NCBI GenBank assembly: GCA_031216635.1
Contig: CM062274.1
Span: 26,420,913-26,484,912 of the forward strand
DNA: 64,000 nt
Reading direction: 5' to 3'
DNA from: Dissostichus eleginoides
Lineage: Eukaryota
The notes beneath the pieces were generated by a model. The model was not told the origin of the DNA. It saw only the letters and a program-made list of their open reading frames with translations, and did no database searches. Shown piece by piece: positions 57,681 through 64,000 of this stretch (the first letter of the stretch is position 1; the number at the start of each line of letters is the position of its first letter). The position numbers and the translations under genes are program-made.

Positions 57681-58850
57681 ATGGATAACCTCGCATCACT
57701 AACCGCCAACATAGCACAGATGGGACATCAACTCAACCTGGTTTCAACTCATCTTACTCCGCCTGCTCCTGAGGATCCAGCTCCCCCACAAGAGTTAGCA
57801 CCGGTTCCAGCCCAGCCCGCTCTCCCTTCACGTGAGCCAAATATTCCCACTCCAGAGCGGTACGCAGGTGCCTTAGGGACATGTAAGTCTTTCTTAATGC
57901 AGTGTTCTCTTGTCTTTGAGCAGCAGCCGTCTACTTATGCTAACGACAGAGCTAAGATTTGTTATATGATAGGTTTACTTACGGGTAGCGCCCTAGCCTG
58001 GGCATCAGCTGTATGGGAGAGTCAGTCCAACCTTTGTAATTCTTATCCAGAGTTTGCAGAGGAAATGAAGAAAGCATTCCACCACCCCGTCAGCGGTAGG
58101 GACGCTACTAAACGCCTCCTCTCACTGCGACAGGGCTCCCGTAGTGTAGCCGAATACTCAGTGGAATTTAGGACCTTAGCTGCAGAGGCGGGTGGAATGA
58201 CACAGCGCTTCAAGGGGTTTTTCCAACAGGGCTAACTGATTCTGTTAAGGATGAGTTAGCAGTGAGGGACGAATCAGCTAACTTGGATGAGTTGGTCTCC
58301 CTAGCCATAAGACTGGATAACCGCCTTAGGGAGCGACGTAGGGAAAGAGCCAGCCGATCTCCTGGGTCACTCCCCTCTCGCCCTGTCTCGTCTCCTCTCG
58401 CAAGATTCAGGTCGGAAACTTTCCCAAGTCCCAGTGCCCCATCTGAATTATTTTCTCCTCTCCTGTCTTCAGAGGAACCGATGCAGCTAGGCAGAGCCCG
58501 ACTCACTCCCCAAGAACGTCTCCGGAGAATAAGAGAAGGACTTTGTGTCTACTGTGCTCACTCCGGTTCGTGGACAAATGCCCCCAGCGCCCAAAAGAGG
58601 GTGCTCGCCAGTAAAGGTGGGGATACTGGTGAGCAAGGCTGTTTCTTCCTCAACCCCCCAGACCTGCAAGCCACTTGGAGCCACACTGTTGTTAAACCAA
58701 CAGTCTCTCACTCTGCCTGCCCTAGTGGACTCTGGGGCTGATGAGAGCTTTTTGGATGCCCAACTGTGGCTCTGCAGCAGGTTTACTCGACATTGTCGCC
58801 GTTTCTCAATGTCGAGTAAACCTGCTGCAGAGCCACTATTTCAAGTATAG
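57681..58850 (+). mobile_element. Ty3/gypsy-type LTR retrotransposon fragment (gag + start of protease, frameshifted)
   Basis: ORF 57681..58235 is a retrotransposon Gag-like sequence (…[18 protein letters not shown]…). ORF 58262..58741 contains a zinc-knuckle-like [11 protein letters not shown] 58545..58850 contains the aspartic protease motif [10 protein letters not shown]. The three run in different frames and truncate before RT, so the element is decayed. Confidence 0.7.
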
Positions 58851-59336
58851 GACTGTTTAAATGTATGTTAAATGCCCAGCATTCGGCGCCACTCGATGAC
58901 GTAGTGTACTTGAAATAGTGGCTCTGCAGCAGGTATACTCGACATTGAGAAACGGCCTGAGTCTCCATGAACCACGTTACGATCAAGCATTTTGGACTTC
59001 CGCTGTCGCAACTCTTCTATCTATACGGCGCTGCGTCCACATAGCTATAGTGAAATAATATAATCGAAAACATTAAGCCTCTTTGATTTAATAATCGGAG
59101 CTGAAACCTCTCTGCCATCTCATATAATACTAACTTCCTTATTTATCTTTGAATAATAATAACATAAAAATAAAGACGACTATACTACGGTCCTTCGGTC
59201 CTGATATTAGCACCTGCAGGCAGGCTCCATGGGCCTGTCAGCTCCGGACAGCGCAAAATGCGTATATGAAGTGCTACGTCATGAACGCAATAAATCATAC
59301 CCTCGTGGGGGCGCGCTCATGTGATTGGCTTAGAAT

Positions 59337-59555
59337 GGGGGCGGCTGTGGCTCAGTGGATAGAGATAGATAGAGTGCTGGACTTCGAATCAGGGGGTAGC
59401 AAGATCGAGTCCCACTGCAGTCAATATGTCATTGTGTCCCTGGGCAAGACACTTCACCCCAAATTGCTCCTGTGGGGATTGTCCACAGTACTGAATGTGT
59501 GTAAGTCGCTTTGGATAAAAGCGTATAACAAATGACATGTAATGTAATGTAATGG
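59337..59555 (+). mobile_element. tRNA-derived SINE (same family as 3826-4290)
   Basis: ggcggctgtggctcagtgg (A box), cttcgaatcaggg (B box), gggcaagacacttcacc...ctcctgtggggattgtccacagta, tail gtaagtcgctttggataaaagcgtat + (GTAAT)n. Confidence 0.7.
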
Positions 59556-60056
59556 AGGAAACATCTGATTGGCTATAGATAGAACAAATTACAAGTACGA
59601 ATCGTGTGACTGTCAGGGGACTCTTCAAAAACCCACACACGAATGCACAGCAATCCATGCACAGAAAGTGGGTTGTGTTTGCAGGTGCAGCGGTTTTAAA
59701 CGGAAAACAAATATGTGTTGATCAAAAATACATATGCAAAACTTTTTTCTGTGTTTGTATTTTATTTACATGTATATAAAAAGGGACACATTTGTGTGTG
59801 CATTGAAAAACACAAGTGTGAATCCGGAAATACAAGTGTGACTCCTTCTGTGTGCATGTGTGTATTATGAGACTGTTCTGAGCCCATACAACAGTGAGGA
59901 AAAAACAACTCGTACCTCGCAGACCACACAGACCTGGGTGTCTGAACGGATGCCATAGAGGTCCTATTCCTTGCGGCGGCATCTTTGACACGAGAGTTGG
60001 CCTCCTCCCACAGCACAGTCTCCGATGCGTGTGTTGGTAGCTTGGCACGCTACATC

Positions 60057-60061
60057 CCTCT

Positions 60062-60100
<39 letters not shown>

Positions 60101-60160
60101 TTCATTTATTCATTTATTTATTTATTTATTTATTTATTTATTCATTTATTCATTTATTTA
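60057..60160. repeat. (ATTT)n microsatellite with TTCATTTA variants
   Basis: tttatttatttattt... about 25 units. Confidence 0.95.
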
Positions 60161-60758
60161 ACAGGGACAGTGCACATTAATTAACATTGCTGTAAATGTG
60201 CCAGAGTTAGCCAAGAGGCTATTTTTCGTCTGTAGTCCCTGGACAGATTTTACAGTCAACCAAAAACACATTTCATTTTAAACAAGTAAATACAATCAAA
60301 TTAAAACATGCAACATACAGTACTGGAATACTTAAATAAAACAATTAAAAGACAGAACAATAAAACAAAACAAATAAAACAAAACAAAAGAACATGATAA
60401 AACACAGACAGTGGGTTGTAAGGTGCAGAAGATTGTGTCAGTGTTGGCAGAGCTGATTCCTCACTAACCAGGTTTTGAGTTTGGATTTAAATAAACTGAA
60501 TGTAGTCTGGTCTCTGATTGTAGAGCAGCTTTAACAGAAAATGATGACTGACCGAAATAACTTTTTCTGAGTGGAATAATGCAATCTCCTCTCTCTGCAC
60601 CTCTTGTTATCCTAGTTGCAGTTGTGTGTATGTTAATAAACTGTCTAAGAGGAGGTGAGGTAAGGCCGTTGACAATCTTGTAAAAAAGGCAAGCATTTGC
60701 ATGTTTAATTAGGTTTTCCCAGCTCAACAAGTTGTGCGTATGTTGGTAGCTTGGCATG

Positions 60759-61064
60759 CTACTTCCTCTCTGCAACAACAGTCGGACGGAGGTTGTCGTC
60801 GGGTTCCGGGATACGCTTGCAGTGGCTGGCGTGGATCCAAGGAATCTTTCCGGCAACCTTCACGGCGGTCTTGGTGATGAGGAGAATGTGGAACGGACCC
60901 TGGAACCGTTGCTGCTTCCAGTGTTTCCTCCTGAAGTCTTTGATCACTACCCAGTCACCGGGCTTGTGGTGTTGTGGCGCATCAGCTGGCGTCGGCAGTA
61001 CGGCTTTCACCTGAGAGTGGATAGCTGAGAGGGAGACTGAAAGACTTATACAGTAGTTCAACAA
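60759..61064 (-). mobile_element. Retroelement integrase C-terminal fragment
   Basis: Minus-strand ORF ...PGDWVVIKDFRRKHWKQQRFQGPFHILLITKTAVKVAGKIPWIHASHCKRI is the GDWV/SH3-like integrase C-terminal domain typical of gypsy/retroviral integrases. The motif gttggtagcttggca(c/t)gctac is duplicated at 60033-60060 and 60737-60765. Confidence 0.6.
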
Positions 61065-61474
61065 AAGGTAACTTAAAGTGTCTCAACTTTCAGAAACTAA
61101 CATTACATTAACAGAATAATATTCTTTAAATCTGTGCCAGTTTGTCTTGTGCCTTGTGCCATCAAGAGAGCCAGCTTTTCACACCAAAAAATATTTGTAG
61201 CTGCTTTCACAATGATGACATGCTATTCTCTTTTTATTAACCAGTAAAATAGATCTTTACAGGATCAGAATATTTTGAATATTATTAATCTTTGTGGCTT
61301 TGTAAGATTATATGTCTCTATTTAACACAATGGACATGATTATCACACATGTTTCAGTCTTAAATCTGTATTGTCAATGTGCTTTGGCAATAGTATGTTT
61401 TTAATATGGTCATATCAATAAAGTTAATATTTCCTGATATTCTTTTTTTTTATATATATATATATATATAAAAT

Positions 61475-61600
61475 GATGTGTCACTTCCTCAAAAAGATAA
61501 AGCATTTAGAAATTCAAACCAGCAACCACACTTTTCCCGGTCACATACTTCAGGATACTTGCTGCAGAGCTGACCTTCTAGGAAAGAGTTGGCATGAGCA
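61475..61600 (+). promoter_or_regulatory. Proximal promoter of lectin gene 2 (conserved PU.1/ETS box, degenerate ISRE)
   Basis: tgtcacttcctcaaaaaga and gaaattcaaacc lie in the same order and spacing as upstream of gene 1. The ISRE second half-site is G>C substituted. A (TA)n at 61452-61472 sits immediately upstream. Confidence 0.45.
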
Positions 61601-61670
61601 ATGGAGGAAATCTATGCCAATGTTGACGATGTCATATCCCTAAGCTCAAGATCATCAACAATACAAGAAG
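61601..61670 (+). CDS. C-type lectin gene 2, exon 1 (cytoplasmic tail)
   Basis: Translation MEEIYANVDDVISLSSRSSTIQE is the paralog of 50156-50225 and sits in the same promoter context. Confidence 0.8.
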
Positions 61671-61743
61671 GTAAGAGTGTCAGTCAGAGTGCACTGTGGA
61701 TTTTGGATTTATTGTATTACTCCCTGGTCTTCTCTGTGTTCAG

Positions 61744-61833
61744 GTCCCAGGAGATTTCCCCCAGCGTCTGTTCTCGGTCTGGGGCTGCTGGGTGTTTTCC
61801 TGCTGGCTGGACTCATCGGCCTCGCTGTCCACT
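61744..61833 (+). CDS. C-type lectin gene 2, exon 2 (transmembrane)
   Basis: Translation GPRRFPPASVLGLGLLGVFLLAGLIGLAVH, donor cact|gtgagt. Confidence 0.8.
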
Positions 61834-62040
61834 GTGAGTCTTTCTTTTAATACGTTTAATAATGTCATTTTGAACGTGTGATTTTCAAGAGTAATATTCT
61901 GCTCTGAAAGATGCACATTTGACCAAAACATCTATCGTCTTTCTACTTTTCTCCAAGGGCCAAATTAGGAAAACATTGACCATGGTTTGTGTCAGTATGA
62001 TTGCATCAGGTAATTTAAGAAACATCTATTTTCATTCCAG

Positions 62041-62328
62041 ACCATAACTCAGTAGGTGTTGCAGCTGAGCATCTCCAGGCCAGAGATCAGCTGATCAACC
62101 AGCTGAAGGCCAACCTCACTGAGCGTCTCCAGGCCAGAGATCAGCTGATCAACCACCTGAATGTAAACCTGACTGAGCGTCTCCAGGCCAGAGATCAGCT
62201 GATCAACCAGCTCAATGTAAACCTCACTGAGCGTCTCCAGGCCAGAGATCAGCTGATCAACCAGCTGAAGGCCAACCTCACCGAAAAGACCAGAGAGGTG
62301 GACAGGCTTCAGAGTTTGATGGACAAGG
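62041..62328 (+). CDS. C-type lectin gene 2, neck exon with 4 x 18-aa repeats
   Basis: Translation YHNSVGVAAEH + (LQARDQLINQLKANLTER)x4 variants + ...KTREVDRLQSLMDK. Phase-consistent with flanking exons. Confidence 0.8.
62083..62298 (+). repeat. Coding 54-bp tandem repeat x4 (lectin-2 neck)
   Basis: ctccaggccagagatcagctgatcaacc(a/c)(g/c)ctgaa(g/t)g(c/t)(c/a)aacct(c/g)ac(t/c)gag(cgt/aag) x4. Each unit encodes LQARDQLINQL(K/N)(A/V)NLTE(R/K). Confidence 0.9.
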
Positions 62329-63055
62329 GTGAGTGCTTCATGTGGGGTTTTGCATCGGGCTCGGTATGTATATGTAAGATATCAATTATCATAATATGTT
62401 TTACAAAATACCTCGATATTGATAGTCTAAGGCTGACTATTGATCCTTTCATAAAATAGTTACACAATGACACTTTTTCATTAATGATAATCATGAATTA
62501 GTTTTTAATGACTTAGTTGTGAATGATTTCATTTATAGTTTGTTTTATTTTTCTTCAGCCACCATATTTATATTTCTCTGTAAACTATGCTTATGGCCAG
62601 TTTCCTTGTCTAAATACTTTAATATAAGCAATAGGAAGAAGAACTTAGAGGTAGTTTGTTCCAGATATTTGCAGCATAATAATAAAAAAGGATAACAAGG
62701 TTTCAAACCAATTTAGAACTGTTGCCGAAAGTCAGACCCAGTTTTCCAGTCGGTCTAGAAACTAACACCGAGATGTTGCCACTGTCTGTGTTTAAGTGGA
62801 TGTCATTGAAGACTTTAACAAGATCAGTCTCAGTGCTGTGGTGCCTGACTAGATCACATCGAAACAGTTATTTAAATCCCAAAAAAGAGAAGTAGTTGCT
62901 CTGCAATGAAATATGTGATCTCTTTTGATCCCTCTAAAAATGCTTGATAAATATTTTTTTTCATTATTATTACAAAAGTGACATATAATGCACTCAAGAG
63001 TTCCATATTCCAGCAGTTAAAGCAGTAAATCAACAAGATCTTAACACTTTTACAG

Positions 63056-63198
63056 AGAAAACGTGTCCTGCAGGATGGAGGAAGTTTGGTTGTTCCTGTT
63101 ATCTCCTCTCTACTGAGAAAGCTTCTTGGGAACAAAGCAGAGACAACTGCAGAGCCAGAGGAGCAGATCTGGTGATCGTAGACAGTAAGGAAGAACAG
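63056..63198 (+). CDS. C-type lectin gene 2, CTLD exon A
   Basis: Translation EKTCPAGWRKFGCSCYLLSTEKASWEQSRDNCRARGADLVIVDSKEEQ. Confidence 0.85.
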
Positions 63199-63416
63199 GT
63201 AATGTGTGCTGCTCTAACACTTGTGATTGTATAACTCCCTGCTTTTATCAATCAATAATGTTTTTATTGTACATATACTAGCAAATGTGTCTATCAGCTA
63301 TAATGATTACGTCACAACAATGGTGTTAATTACATATTTCTGAGCTAATAAAAAGGGAAAAGTTATCTGAATGGTGATGTCCATCCAAGTAAACTGCATT
63401 TTTAATATGTGAACAG

Positions 63417-63529
63417 GAATTCATCTCTAGCATGAAGATGAAGGAACAAACTTGGATTGGTTTGAGTGACAGAGAAGAGGAGGGGACCTGGAAATGGGTG
63501 GATGGATCTCCACTGACCCTGACTCTGAC
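63417..63529 (+). CDS. C-type lectin gene 2, CTLD exon B
   Basis: Translation [38 protein letters not shown]. Acceptor gtgaacag|, donor ctgac|gtaagg. Confidence 0.8.
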
Positions 63530-63772
63530 GTAAGGCTTTACTTTGGTTTAAATACAGACGCTGGTTTATGTTGTGACCTTTCTAAATGTTTCACATGTTT
63601 CTGTAATGGGAGTTAACACAACACACAGGATGCATTTAAACGTAGGGTGTCTGCCCCTTTCACCAGAAGATTCATTTGGGTATTAAGAAAAGAACATGGC
63701 TGTATTACTTATAGTTATTTGTATTTGATGTCCAATCTTTTAGTTATCTTGTTTTCCTGTAATACCTGTTAG

Positions 63773-63894
63773 GTTTTGGAACGGAGGAGAGCCTAATATT
63801 GGCGAGAGACTGTGCAGAATTGTATCCTTACACCAATGGGTGGAACGACCAGTCCTGTCGGGACAATGTGCATTCGATCTGTGAGAAAGATTAA
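63773..63894 (+). pseudogene. C-type lectin gene 2, last CTLD exon with apparent 1-bp deletion (frameshift)
   Basis: The in-phase reading gives FWNGGEPNIGERLCRIVSLHQWVERPVLSGQCAFDL*. The +1 frame from ~63814 gives canonical DCAELYPYTNGWNDQSCRDNVHSICEKD*. Compared with paralog 56645-56660 (ggtgaagaggactgtgca), this exon reads ggcgagagactgtgca, one G short. Confidence 0.55.
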
Positions 63895-64000
63895 CATTGG
63901 TGTCTGTTTGGATCCTAAACATGCAATCATGCTTTTACAATTTAGTTTAAATCGAGTTATTTAAAACTATACAAAATGTCTGATTTCATGAATAATAATT

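Noticed and set aside
58763-58960. Possible rho-independent terminator or CRISPR-like palindromic repeat.
   Set aside because: The sequence is eukaryotic. The palindrome is a single doubled hairpin at a retroelement breakpoint, not a spaced repeat array. No CRISPR arrays are present anywhere; the regular repeats are micro- and minisatellites.
1-64000. Prokaryotic-style features (sigma70 promoters, RBS, operons, defense systems).
   Set aside because: GT-AG introns, vertebrate gene homologies, SINEs and microsatellites show this is vertebrate nuclear DNA. Applying bacterial feature models would only produce false positives.

Overview
This window is vertebrate nuclear DNA, almost certainly teleost fish. 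It shows GT-AG introns, abundant (GT)n/(CA)n microsatellites, tRNA-derived SINEs, Tol2-like and other TIR MITEs, and a Ty3/gypsy fragment. There are no prokaryotic operons, CRISPR arrays or rRNA genes. About 31 kb (16497-47561, + strand) is a 36-coding-exon gene whose translated exons match the vault poly(ADP-ribose) polymerase PARP4 domain by domain: BRCT, PARP regulatory and catalytic domains, VIT, vWA, and the C-terminal MVP-interacting region. Its 3' part carries lineage-specific expansions: a duplicated exon-intron unit, an acidic octapeptide-repeat exon, and a 1.9 kb exon made of two ~810 bp tandem copies. Downstream are two tandemly duplicated type II transmembrane C-type lectin genes (CD209/CLEC4-like; 50156-56753 and 61601-63894, + strand). 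They share a proximal promoter with PU.1/ETS and ISRE-like motifs. The second has an expanded 18-aa neck repeat and an apparent 1-bp frameshift in its last exon. The first has a reading-frame inconsistency in its neck exon. The region between the lectins is rich in transposable-element debris: a gypsy gag-pro fragment, an integrase C-terminal fragment, a SINE, and (ATTT)n. The first ~16 kb holds no confidently identifiable gene apart from a THAP-domain first exon on the minus strand, in a CRE/GC-box-rich context, and several TIR elements. The most notable structures are inverted MITE pairs flanking blocks of parp4 exons (candidate circRNA or exon-skipping drivers), dinucleotide microsatellites fused directly to four parp4 splice sites, and the tandem lectin pair with an interferon/myeloid-type promoter next to the vault PARP. 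Coordinates were cross-checked against the supplied ORF track where possible; boundaries placed by hand may be off by 1-2 bp.
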